Positions 19,522-30,100 of a DNA stretch of 64,000 nt are shown in pieces; position 1 is the first letter of the stretch, and each line of letters starts with the position of its first letter. The notes below the pieces were generated by a model. That model did not search any database and was not told the origin of the DNA. It saw only the letters and a program-made list of their open reading frames with translations. Location: the NCBI GenBank assembly GCA_041392505.1, contig JAWKLX010000015.1:101222-165221 (forward strand). The letters run 5' to 3'. The position numbers were made by a program, and so were the translations under genes. This DNA comes from Saprospiraceae bacterium. Lineage in GTDB: Bacteria > Bacteroidota > Bacteroidia > Chitinophagales > Saprospiraceae.

Positions 19522-20404
19522 GATGAAAACGCAATCCGAATTCATTTTCAAAAAAGGCTTTGCTAGGCCTGTTCTTCACCTTTATAATTGGCCAAAATGT
19601 ACAGGCACAATTTACCGAAGGGGAATATTACACCATTATTTCGGCCCTGAGCAATGATCTCGTTCTAGACATTGAGCATGCCAGTGCAGAAGCAGGTCGC
19701 CGACCTGATTGTCGGAGGTAATTATGCCACTGATAACCAACTGTTCCAGTTTCAGTATGCGGGCGGAGGTTATTGGTACATACTCTCGAAGTTGCGGGAC
19801 AATTTTGCCATTGATGTGGATGGGGCGAAAACGGAAGCCGGCACCAATGTTCATCTCTGGGATTTGAATGAAACGGCTGCCCAAAAATTTAAATTGGTGG
19901 ACGCTGGTGGTGGTTATTACTACATCCCAGTCAGCGATACAGCCTGACTATGTCCTCGATATCAGTGGAGGGAGCAGGGGAATCCCGTGCCGTATCTGGA
20001 TGTATTCATTGAACCGGACGGCTGCTCAAAAATTTAAGCTCGAACAACAATCAAATAATTCCATTCAGGCCACTTTCAACGATGCGAATGTCAACCGCCC
20101 CCGGCAGCCCATTACTTTATACCTGCAAAACAAAGGGGATTTCATTGCCAAATTTCAGGTTGAGTACACGGCGGGTAACAAGCTGCCGAGCGTAGAATCT
20201 TTCACCGACAAAAGACGAGGTTGGAGCCATGAATTGTTGCTTCCTTACGATGCACACAGCATCACCGTTTGGGCCTCTGTCTATACCGATTTTGCGTGGG
20301 ACAAAACAAAAACCGTGATTGACGGAGAATGGCAGGAGCTGCGACCCGGTGGTACAAAAACCATCTCCCTGTCGGGCAATTACCACAACCCAAAGGTTGA
20401 TTAA
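19522..20404 (+). pseudogene. ricin-B-lectin (beta-trefoil) domain secreted protein with three or more frameshifts
   Basis: Signal peptide MKTQSEFIFKK(A)LLGLFFTFIIGQNVQAQ across a shift at an A6-7 run. Ricin-B-type repeats (YYTIISALSNDLVLDI; AAQKFKL twice) are spread over three frames. Confidence 0.5.
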
Positions 20405-20410
20405 ATTTAA

Positions 20411-20532
20411 AATGGTTTGAATGGTTTGAATGGATTGAATGGTTTAAAAATGTTTTCAATGGCTTTAAATGAGCGTATGAACCCAGTCAGGTAAAGGCAG
20501 CTAACCATTCCAGCCATTTAAACCATTCAATC
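20411..20532. repeat. tandem (gaatggttt)n repeats paired with a downstream inverted copy (hairpin, loop about 55 nt)
   Basis: aatggtttgaatggtttgaatggattgaatggtttaaa at 20411-20447 and aaccattccagccatttaaaccattcaatc at 20503-20532, immediately after the stop at 20404. Confidence 0.6.
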
Positions 20533-20565
20533 AGTAGCACAAATAAAAAAAATCCAAATGAAAGC

Positions 20566-21423
20566 ACTGAAAATTTTTAAGTGGATCGGGATCGGTTTAG
20601 TCATGCTTGTAGGCATTGGTTTGGCCTTTATTTATGGGCGTTCGCACCATTTGCAGCACCTTACTTTAGACATTCCTTTGCAGGAAATTAGTGTGCCGAC
20701 CGATAGCGCCGCCATCGCTGATGGCTTCAAGTGAACCCGGCTCATGCATTGCAATGGTTGTCACGGGGATAACATGGGCGGAAAAGTCATGGTGGACGAT
20801 GATATGATCAGGCGCCTCGTTGCTAATGCCTCAAAATCGTAAAGGTGTTCAGACGGGAACTGCTGCTGCTCGCCGATGATGGCATGGACAGACATTCGCC
20901 GCCGCACATTGCCAACCGCCGCAAATACCGCGAGGGTCGAAAGAAAGATCATTGCTCAACATCATGGCCTATCTGCGGACTTGGAAAAGAAGGAGAGCCA
21001 TGAGACGCCTCCGACCAACAATTCGAAGAATTTCCCATTCATCTGGGCTTGGCCACTGGGCAAATGAAATTGGAGCCATTGAAAATGGACCACACTGCGC
21101 CCCGCCGATTTGACCAACATGAAAATACGCCCATCGCGCATGGCGAATACCTCGTCCATACGGCCTGCTCGCATTGCCACGGCAAAGACTTGACCGGAGA
21201 TGAATTCATGCAGTCACCCGGCTTGAGCATTGTTTTTATGTATGGTCAGGAACAGTTTCGGCACCTGCTCCGCACGGGCGAGGGAGTCACCCGAAAAGAT
21301 GTCGGGATGATGAGCGAAGTAGTGCAAAACTGCCTGCATCATTTCACGGACGAAGAAATTAACGACATGTATGCTTTTTTGAAAACGCTGCTGGAGGAAG
21401 AGGAAGGTGTCGGTATGGATTAA
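20566..21423 (+). pseudogene. membrane-anchored di-haem c-type cytochrome, fragmented by three or more frameshifts
   Basis: N-terminal TM (IGIGLVMLVGIGLAFIY) and two CxxCH motifs (CNGCHG at about 20750; CSHCHG at about 21170) in different frames. Four ORF fragments cover the locus. Confidence 0.45.
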
Positions 21424-21543
21424 ATTGTTTTATTCATTTTATGGATAGATGGTTTTATGGTTAGATAGTTAGATGGTTATTTTTCCTAAATAGGAGCAAC
21501 CATTCAACCATCCAACCATTCTCATCACAAAACCACGATCAAA

Positions 21544-22212
21544 ATGAAAATTCAAAAGGGTGAACCATTCTTCCTTTATTTGAACACCTTCATCCTTGCT
21601 ATTGTCGTGCTTGGATTTGGATCAAAGGCTATGATGACCCCCGAAAGATTGCCGCCTGCTTCCTTGGCCGTGGCGCTTCATGGTCTTTCTATGCTGGCAT
21701 GGTACGTTCTGGTTGTCGTACAATTGGGGTTGATCCGAAGTGGTAAAGTCGCCCTGCACATGCGCTTGGGCACTTGGAGCTTGGGATTGGCCTTTTTAGT
21801 GCTTGCCTTGAGTCCTTTGGTTACCGTCAGCAATTTTCAGCGGACAGGTGATCCCATGATCGTCATTGCGAATATTGTCAACATGGTTAATTTCACCATT
21901 CTTTACAGCGTAGGGATTTGGAAGCGGTTCAAAGCGCCTGCCCACAAAAGGCTGATGACCTTTGCCAGTTTGGCCATGTTGGTGCCCGCAGCCTTTCGAT
22001 TATTCCAATCATTCGGGCAGGATGAAATGTTGGCCATTCCGCTGTGGTTTGGATGTGCCTTATCGGTCATTGTTTATGATTTGGTAAAAACCAAAAAAGT
22101 GCACTGGGCAAGCGTAATGGGGCTAATATTGTTTTTGGCAGGCACTGCTGTCATCCTAAATGTCGGCAGTTTGGAGAGTTGGAAAGAATATTTAATGGCC
22201 ACGATTGGGTAA
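21544..22212 (+). CDS. hypothetical integral membrane protein (about 6 TM)
   Basis: 222 aa, multiple hydrophobic helices, no recognisable motif. Confidence 0.45.
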   Translation: MKIQKGEPFFLYLNTFILAIVVLGFGSKAMMTPERLPPASLAVALHGLSMLAWYVLVVVQLGLIRSGKVALHMRLGTWSLGLAFLVLALSPLVTVSNFQRTGDPMIVIANIVNMVNFTILYSVGIWKRFKAPAHKRLMTFASLAMLVPAAFRLFQSFGQDEMLAIPLWFGCALSVIVYDLVKTKKVHWASVMGLILFLAGTAVILNVGSLESWKEYLMATIG

Positions 22213-22403
22213 GCCATTTATATTTAAACATTTCCCTTTGAGTAAGTGGACATAATTGGAAATACAATTAAAATATGGTTGGAAAATTTTCTCACTACTG
22301 AATATCAGGCACTTGCGTTTATTTCTATCGATTTCTTTATTTCTATTTATTCCCATTTATTTCTGTTTGTTAACTCATTTAATTTTATACAAAATTTAGA
22401 TCA

Positions 22404-22931
22404 ATGAAATACCTACCACATATCATGATTGCCGCTGCCATTTGCTGGATTATTTCCGAAATAATGGAAGTGTCTGTTGGTGGTTATACGCCACTGATTC
22501 TGCAACTGACAGCTTTGTTCCATTTATTGGCAGCCATTGGGATTTGGGGTTTGCACTTTGGTCAAACGAAAGAAAAAAACAAGTGGAGTTTGTATGGCTC
22601 TATTTTGCTAACTATCGGTTATTTAATACTGACGGCAGTTCCGTTGATCGTGCTGTCCCGTGGTTATAGTGAGCCGGGTGAGGTCGTAGCAGCCTATCCA
22701 ATATTAAAAATATTTGGGGCATTCTCTATTGTTGGCATACTTCTATTTGGGAGTGCTGTAATTAAAATCAATTATTTTCCTAAATGGACTGGAATTGTTT
22801 TTATTGTGTGCTCATTGGTTACATTTGGGATATTGGCTGCAAAAGGGAATATGCTGATCGCCAATGTCGCCAATATCATAGTTTCTGTGACGATGATTAA
22901 AATGGCTTGGCAAGTAATACAGGAAAAATAA
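22404..22931 (+). CDS. hypothetical integral membrane protein (about 5 TM)
   Basis: 175 aa, hydrophobic helices. Confidence 0.45.
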   Translation: MKYLPHIMIAAAICWIISEIMEVSVGGYTPLILQLTALFHLLAAIGIWGLHFGQTKEKNKWSLYGSILLTIGYLILTAVPLIVLSRGYSEPGEVVAAYPILKIFGAFSIVGILLFGSAVIKINYFPKWTGIVFIVCSLVTFGILAAKGNMLIANVANIIVSVTMIKMAWQVIQEK

Positions 22932-25900
22932 TTTTTAAAAGTTTGAAAGAACACTTTTCACATATCTTCCTATTTTTTGTCTGGTTGGTTTTTTCCAGTT
23001 ATGTCCATGCGCAGACCGATTATACTTTTGAGCTAATCACCATAAATGAACGGGCAAATTTCGGGGATGTCCACACCCTTTATCAGGACAGTGCCGGGGT
23101 GATTTGGATGGGGATATATGGGAAGGGTTTGGCTTATTATAATGGCAAGGAAATACATCGGATGCAGCTTCCGGGGGAAGGGGATTTTTCCCAGCATAAT
23201 GATGTCTTTGTTGCGGGCGGAGGATTTATTTTTTTAAATTATGGACATGAAATTAAATCATTCGATCCGATTAAACAGGAATTAGTTCGTTCTATTGATT
23301 TGCCAGAGACATTGAGAAATAAAGGGAAAATAAGCACCATTGCGGTAACTGAAAAAAAAGATGAATTATTAGTTTGGGCTACATTAGAATTAAATAATAA
23401 TACAAGTGATAACAAGCGAGATTACCATTTATTGATCTCAAAAAATGGTGAGCCATTTCAACAATTGTCAGAAACAGGATATTCGACATTTGGCGAACCA
23501 ACCATCAAGAATATTGGCCATAATATTTTATTGAAAACAAAAATTGGGCTGTTGCAATTAAATGAGTCAGGTGGAAAAGTAAAGTCCTATCCGCTGTCGG
23601 AGGATGATGTAGCGGGGATCAATACTTTTAATTTAACCGTCGATGAAAAACAGGATATTTGGTTTTACTCAAATTGCGGCACGAGTAGATATGACGTTAT
23701 ATACATCGATCATTTTTGTGACATTAACCAATGGGAAAAAGAAAAAAATATACCTAATAAGTTTTCAGTAAATAGGCTTGTATATTATAATTTGATAAAA
23801 CCAATAACTAAAAACCAGCAGGTCGGGGCAACAAGTAAAATTGGGCAAAGTTTTTTTTTAGAGAATACCAGATTGTTTAATTTAACCAACCATTCGGTCG
23901 ATACGATCAATTCCATTAGTATTCATGATAAAGGCGAAAGTGCAGGGATTAATTCGATGGGACAGATTTTCGCAATGCTGGAAGATGAGACAGGTGTCGT
24001 CTGGATGGGCGGCAGTTATGGGCTTGGTAAAATAGTGCCCCAGCCTAATGCCTTTAAATTACTTCCCCCCATCAGTTTACGGTCATTTGTAGAAGATGAT
24101 AACGGATTGATTTACGGTAGTGTGGATTGGACCCGTACATCTTCGGATGAAAAATATACGGAACGAAATTTAAGAGTATACGACCCAGTCTCCAACCAAG
24201 TGGAAAACTTACCAAAGAATGATTCATATATATATCAAAACTGGCACCAGGCAATTTTTTATAAAAATAATATTTATTATGACAATTGTATTATCGATTT
24301 AAATACAAAAGAAACGACTGTTTATAAATTAGAAAGGCAATTACAGAATAAAAATTTGATGCTTCTCGATAATAAAGAAAGGATCTGGATGACGAGTTGG
24401 GGGGAAAGCCGAATAAATATATATAGACCGGGGGAATCGAAATTAATAAAACAAATAACGATTCCCGCATTAGCAGAAAAACCCGTAGAAATCAATGACT
24501 GGTACCAGCGACCTACTGATGGAAAAGTGTGGATGGGGACTTACGGACAGGGCATTTTTATTTTTACGGAAGAAGGAGATCTGTCCATACAATTGCACAC
24601 TTCGGAGGATAGCCCAATAATTTTAAACAGCAATATTGTATCAGGTTTTTATGAAGACAGCCGTGGACGGATGTGGATCGGACATGGAAAGGGCTTGAGT
24701 TGTATAAGTGCTGACCTCTCTAAAATTGAACATTTTTACATAGATCTAAAACAGCCGGAACTCCGACTCGTTTATAGCATCTTGCCGGAAGATGATGACC
24801 GGTATTTATGGCTGAGTACCAGCAAAGGTATCTTCCGCTTTGATTCGGAAACGGGTGATTTTTTTGACTTCCCTTTGCACCCCATTATTATGGACATGGA
24901 ATATAACCGTAATGCTTTTTATAAAGCAAAAAGCGGACAACTGTTTTTTGGCGGAGCAAAATCAACCATGCCCACCGTTGCATTTTATCCGGAGGAGGCG
25001 ATGAGTTATTATGAAAATATAGAATTGAGTAAGGCCAATATTGTTCTGGATCATTTTTCAAAATTTGACGGGGATGAAGAAAAAATAATAGCCACTATAA
25101 ATGGTTTACAAGCGCTTGATGAAATTGTGTTAAATCCCGGTGACCGTTATTTTTCGTTGGAATTCTTCGCCACGGATTACCGTAGCCCAAAAGATAATTA
25201 TTACAGTTATTTTTTGGACAATTATGAAAAAAATTGGAACGAACCCGCCAGAAATAATAATAAAGTCAGGTACGAAAACCTGCCCCCCGGAAAATATACC
25301 TTGAAAATGCGGGGGGCATTGATGCGCAAAAATTTAGCTTTGAATGAGCGCTCAATAAAAATAATAGTATTGCCCTATTGGTACCAAACATGGTGGTCGA
25401 AAGTGTTATTGGGGTTACTCACAATCGCAGCATTTTATTTATTCTACCGAAGAAAAATGACCCGCCAATTTGAATTGCAGGAAGCGGTGCGCATGCGGGA
25501 TCTGGACGATTTAAAAACGAGATTATATACCAATATTACCCACGAGTTCCGCACCCCGCTCACCGTCATCATGGGTATGAACGACAATATTAAAGGGCAT
25601 GAACAGGAGAAAAAATTAATTAAAAGAAATGCGAAAAATTTATTGCGGTTAATTAACCAATTATTGGATTTGTCAAAATTGGACTCTGGCACTTTAAAAA
25701 TAGATGCAGTGCAAGGCGATATTATTAGCTACCTGCATTATTTGACCGAATCGTTTTATTCAATGGCGTCCGATAAAAAAGTGAGTTTGAATTTTAGGTC
25801 GGAAACAAATTCGTTAATCATGGACTTTGACGAAGTGAAAATCCAACACGTTGTTTATAATTTATTGTCTAACGCCATCAAATTTACCCGACCCGGTGGA

Positions 25901-27085
25901 AAAGTTGCTTTGGAAAGTAATGAGGCTACAAAAGATGGAAGACCTTATTTGAAAATAAAAATAAAAGACACGGGCATTGGCATTCCCGAAAAAGATTTGC
26001 CACATATTTTTGACCGTTTTTATCAGGTAGAAAAAAAACCAAGCCGTGTCAACACCTCAAGTACCAACACGATTAAAACTTTTGATGGCACCGGCATCGG
26101 TCTGGCCTTAACAAAAGAATTAATTGAATTAATGGGCGGCGATATTTCCGTAAAAAGCGAAGAAGATTGGGGTACAGAATTTAGGGTCATGTTGCCTATA
26201 AAACATGGATTTTTTACACCCAAATTGGATACTTCCTTTGGGATGGAAAATCTAGATGTAGAACCTACTCCCGATTTTGAATCGCTTCCAGTTAAACCGG
26301 ATCAAATTAATGGTGAAAAACCGCAAGTATTAATTGTGGAAGATAATGCGGGCGTTGTCACCTATATAAAATCTCTTTTGGAAAACGACTATTTTGTGCA
26401 GGTGGCAATTAATGGACAAGAGGGCATTGATATGGCATTGGAGCATATTCCCGATTTAATTATTACCGATGTAATGATGCCAGAAAAAAATGGTTATGAA
26501 GTTTGTAGCTTTCTAAAAAAAGATGAGCGCACGAGTCATATCCCCATAGTTATGTTGACTGCTAAAGCGGATGTCACTTCCAAAATAGAAGGGCTGGAAA
26601 TGGGCGCTGATGCCTATTTGTCAAAACCGTTTGAAAAAGAAGAATTATTGGTGCGTTTGCGGAAATTATTGGAGCTGAGAAAGGTCTTGCAAAAACGGTA
26701 TGCCAGTCAGCAGTCTACAGTTGGCAGTTTGCAGTCCGATGATGTTGTGGCTCATATAGGCGAGACAATTGAAGATAAGTTTTTGGGAAAATTAAAATCC
26801 GTTATTGAAGATCGGCTTAGTGATGCTGAAATGTCCATCCCTGAATTGTGCCGGGTGATGCATTTAAGTCACACCCAATTGTACCGAAAATTAAAAGCAC
26901 TGACCGACAAAACCCCTTCCCAATTTGTGCGCACCGTCCGCCTGCAAAAAGCGAGGGAATTATTAAAATCCTCCGAGTTGAATATCTCCGAAATCGCTTA
27001 TGAGGTCGGCTTCAGCGACCCGAATTATTTTACCCGCATGTTCAAGCAGGAGTTTGGCCAAGTGCCGGGGGAGGTGAAAAGGTAA
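22907..27085 (+). CDS. hybrid two-component system protein: periplasmic beta-propeller/Y_Y_Y sensor, HisKA, HATPase_c, REC, AraC HTH
   Basis: Propeller-like repeats (VIWMGIYGKGLAYYNG, RMWIGHGKGLSCI, YLWLSTSKGIFRFD); TM WWSKVLLGLLTIAAFYLF; H-box NITHEFRTPLTVIMGM; ATPase G-boxes; REC (VLIVEDN...ITDVMMP...); AraC HTH at the C-terminus. The called start is TTG; the true start is uncertain. Confidence 0.85.
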   Translation: MASNTGKIIFKSLKEHFSHIFLFFVWLVFSSYVHAQTDYTFELITINERANFGDVHTLYQDSAGVIWMGIYGKGLAYYNGKEIHRMQLPGEGDFSQHNDVFVAGGGFIFLNYGHEIKSFDPIKQELVRSIDLPETLRNKGKISTIAVTEKKDELLVWATLELNNNTSDNKRDYHLLISKNGEPFQQLSETGYSTFGEPTIKNIGHNILLKTKIGLLQLNESGGKVKSYPLSEDDVAGINTFNLTVDEKQDIWFYSNCGTSRYDVIYIDHFCDINQWEKEKNIPNKFSVNRLVYYNLIKPITKNQQVGATSKIGQSFFLENTRLFNLTNHSVDTINSISIHDKGESAGINSMGQIFAMLEDETGVVWMGGSYGLGKIVPQPNAFKLLPPISLRSFVEDDNGLIYGSVDWTRTSSDEKYTERNLRVYDPVSNQVENLPKNDSYIYQNWHQAIFYKNNIYYDNCIIDLNTKETTVYKLERQLQNKNLMLLDNKERIWMTSWGESRINIYRPGESKLIKQITIPALAEKPVEINDWYQRPTDGKVWMGTYGQGIFIFTEEGDLSIQLHTSEDSPIILNSNIVSGFYEDSRGRMWIGHGKGLSCISADLSKIEHFYIDLKQPELRLVYSILPEDDDRYLWLSTSKGIFRFDSETGDFFDFPLHPIIMDMEYNRNAFYKAKSGQLFFGGAKSTMPTVAFYPEEAMSYYENIELSKANIVLDHFSKFDGDEEKIIATINGLQALDEIVLNPGDRYFSLEFFATDYRSPKDNYYSYFLDNYEKNWNEPARNNNKVRYENLPPGKYTLKMRGALMRKNLALNERSIKIIVLPYWYQTWWSKVLLGLLTIAAFYLFYRRKMTRQFELQEAVRMRDLDDLKTRLYTNITHEFRTPLTVIMGMNDNIKGHEQEKKLIKRNAKNLLRLINQLLDLSKLDSGTLKIDAVQGDIISYLHYLTESFYSMASDKKVSLNFRSETNSLIMDFDEVKIQHVVYNLLSNAIKFTRPGGKVALESNEATKDGRPYLKIKIKDTGIGIPEKDLPHIFDRFYQVEKKPSRVNTSSTNTIKTFDGTGIGLALTKELIELMGGDISVKSEEDWGTEFRVMLPIKHGFFTPKLDTSFGMENLDVEPTPDFESLPVKPDQINGEKPQVLIVEDNAGVVTYIKSLLENDYFVQVAINGQEGIDMALEHIPDLIITDVMMPEKNGYEVCSFLKKDERTSHIPIVMLTAKADVTSKIEGLEMGADAYLSKPFEKEELLVRLRKLLELRKVLQKRYASQQSTVGSLQSDDVVAHIGETIEDKFLGKLKSVIEDRLSDAEMSIPELCRVMHLSHTQLYRKLKALTDKTPSQFVRTVRLQKARELLKSSELNISEIAYEVGFSDPNYFTRMFKQEFGQVPGEVKR

Positions 27086-27162
27086 AACATTCGCTGTCTC
27101 CACGACTTGATCGGATATCATATTTCTCTATCTTTGATCCCCTAAAATACCATTGGGGTGAA

Positions 27163-30100
27163 ATGAGAATCCGTCAAAATTCAAATATCCTGGCCTGCCA
27201 ATTCCGAACTGCTTTGTGCTGGTTAGCCTTTTTTGTTCTGACGGTCTTGCCAGCAAAAACGCAAACTAACCACACCATTGTACAGCCTTCCATCACCCTC
27301 AAAAAATACGGCCCAAACGACGGCCTCAATTTTTCCAATTTCAAAGCCGTTATCAAAGACAGCCTCCAAAATTTGTGGGTGCTGGGATCCAACGTCAACC
27401 TCACTTCAACGAACCTGAACCTGCGGATTGGCACCTTTGACGGGGTCAGGTTTCGCAGCCATGCTCTGCCGAACTTGGATGGGTTTAACACGTTGGCCAT
27501 CACCTACTATCCTTTTTTGTGGGAAAATGGGAAGCTCTTATTTACGCCATTTGGCTTGGATGGCTTGTTTTTATATGATATTGCCAAAAAAGAGGTTAAG
27601 TCATTATTGCGGGGAACGGACCTTTCCTCTATGTTTCCCGGTGTGTTGTTCGACCATAAATTTTATTTTATTGCCAAAAACAAAAATGGGAAATATGCCT
27701 TAGCAGTATTGGAAAATGAGTCGATTAGGATGCTTTTTGAGTCCGAATCGTTGGCCAATTCCAGAGCCATATATTGCAATAAAAAAGGGGTCTGGGTTTG
27801 CAGATATGACAAAATAATTTTCATTGATTATACAGGCAAAACAATTAAGGAAATTAAGTTCGATGATGAAACCTTGACCTTATATGCAAGTGCAAAAACC
27901 AAACGTGGGATCGAGATTTTTTCGCATTTTTCTGCCCCTTTTATTATTGATGAAAATACTGGAAAAATAAGCCCATTTCCCTATCCCGAACTGGACATCC
28001 GTGGAAAAATATCTGAAATATATCAGGACACTTTAGGCAATGCATTGTATGTATACGCCCATCCTTATAAATTCCAGTATGCCTACTTGCTGGCTGCCGA
28101 CGGCAGTCTATTCGACCTCTCTTCGCTAAATATGGAAATACAGGATGTGAAAGGCATCTACAGTGATAATTTTCTGCAATCCTTTTGGTTGGCCACAACA
28201 TCTGATTTAATTCAAGTGCAATTAAATGGCACTTTTGTTTCGCATTATTTGCCAAATGGGGCATTGCGAAAAATACAAGCATTTGACGATGGCAACATAT
28301 ATGTGCAGTCCGAAAATGGCGGGATTTTTAAATCCATTAATTCCAAGCAACTGAATTTTAAAACCATTGGCAATAATGTTTTTGGAAGGTATTTGGAGGT
28401 CACCAAAAAGGGCGAATTAATTGCAAATGATGGAGAAAAACTCTACAAAACCGGCAACGGCTCAACGGAAACTATCAGCCTGAAACACAATTCCTATGAC
28501 ATCGTTGCCCTGAACGATTCCTTGCTGGTGTCCTTCAATGCGACGTTTATCCAATTTGTAAACAAGGACACATGGACGGTCAAAAAAACTTTCGATGGAA
28601 TTATATTTGAAAACCCGCATAAGCTGTTGCGCATCAATGACGAAACCATATTCGTAGCTTATGAAAAAGGGCTTTCTGAATTAAATCTTTTTAATTTTCA
28701 AAAAAAAGAAATTTTCACTGAGAGGGCTGTAGTGAGTATCGCCGAAGATGCCAATAATAGCTGGTGTTTCGGTACTGTTAATGGAGGTTTATACCGTTAT
28801 TCAAAAATAGATAATAGGGATAAAATTAATAAACTGGCTGAGGTGGGGACACCCATCGCCACCATCACCAAAGACAGTAAAAACAAGCTGTGGCTCGGCA
28901 CATTTAACGGCGTATATGTTTATGATACGGCCAATAAAAACCTCTTAAAAATTGATGATAATTTATTGACCCACACGGAATGCAACCGCCTGTCTTCTTT
29001 TTACGATGCCAAATATAATCGGATGTTTATTGGTACGGTAAAAGGGCTAAACGTGATTGACATTGACAAAATAAACCTCTCTGAAACTACCATTAATCTG
29101 CACCTGTCATACATCCATTATTTTAATGAAAAAACCAATTTAAATGACACTTTGGAATTTCAGGGAGAAACTAATTATGCCATCCAATTGGATGCTTACC
29201 ACCGCAACTTGACGGTCGGATTTGCACCCGGCATCAGCCATGAAAAAAATTATCAATATTACTATTCCCTCGTGCCAGCCGATGGTCAAAATCCTGAAAA
29301 TATTAAGTGGCGTAGCAACGGCACGAATGCTGAACTTTCCCTGACCAATCTCGCCAGTGGCCATTATCAACTGTTGATAAAGGCCAAAACGGATCTGACA
29401 GAACGGGAGTCCAATCATTTGGTAATTAATGTTTTGGTGGAAGATTTTTTTTACAACAGATGGTGGTTTTATGTGCTATTGGTTGCGGTCTTAATTGGTT
29501 TGTTTTTTTGGTGGCAACGTCGTTTGCGGAGCGAAAATATTAGGCTGGAAAATGAGGTGGAAAAACGCACTTCCGAATTATTAAAAGACAAAGAAACAAT
29601 TCAAAAACAGGCGGAAGAATTAGCAAAATTGGATGAGATGAAAACCCAGTTTTACAATAATATTTCCCATGAATTAAAAACCCCGTTGTCTTTAATTATT
29701 GCTCCATTGGAGGGACTTTTGGACGAAGAAAATTTATCAGAAAAAAAGAGGCAAGAATATTTAAAATTAATTGCCCGCAACGCCAATTTGCTACAAGAGC
29801 GGGTGGAAGAATTATTGGAACTTACCCGTTTGGAAAATAGAAAAATTGCTGTCCACCATAATCCGGTGAAAGTGGCGGATTTTGTAGAAAATAATTGCCA
29901 TATTTTCAAAAAAGAAGCCGAGCGAAACGGTATTGAATTAAATATTAGTCTGGTTGAAGAATATGGTTATCTGATTTTCGATGAAAAAAAGGTCGGTAAA
30001 ATTATCCAAAACCTGATCGCCAATGCGATCAAATATTGCCCAACTGGTTCAGAGGTCAAGGTGGAAATAAAATCTTCGGAACATCAACTTTCTATTTCCG

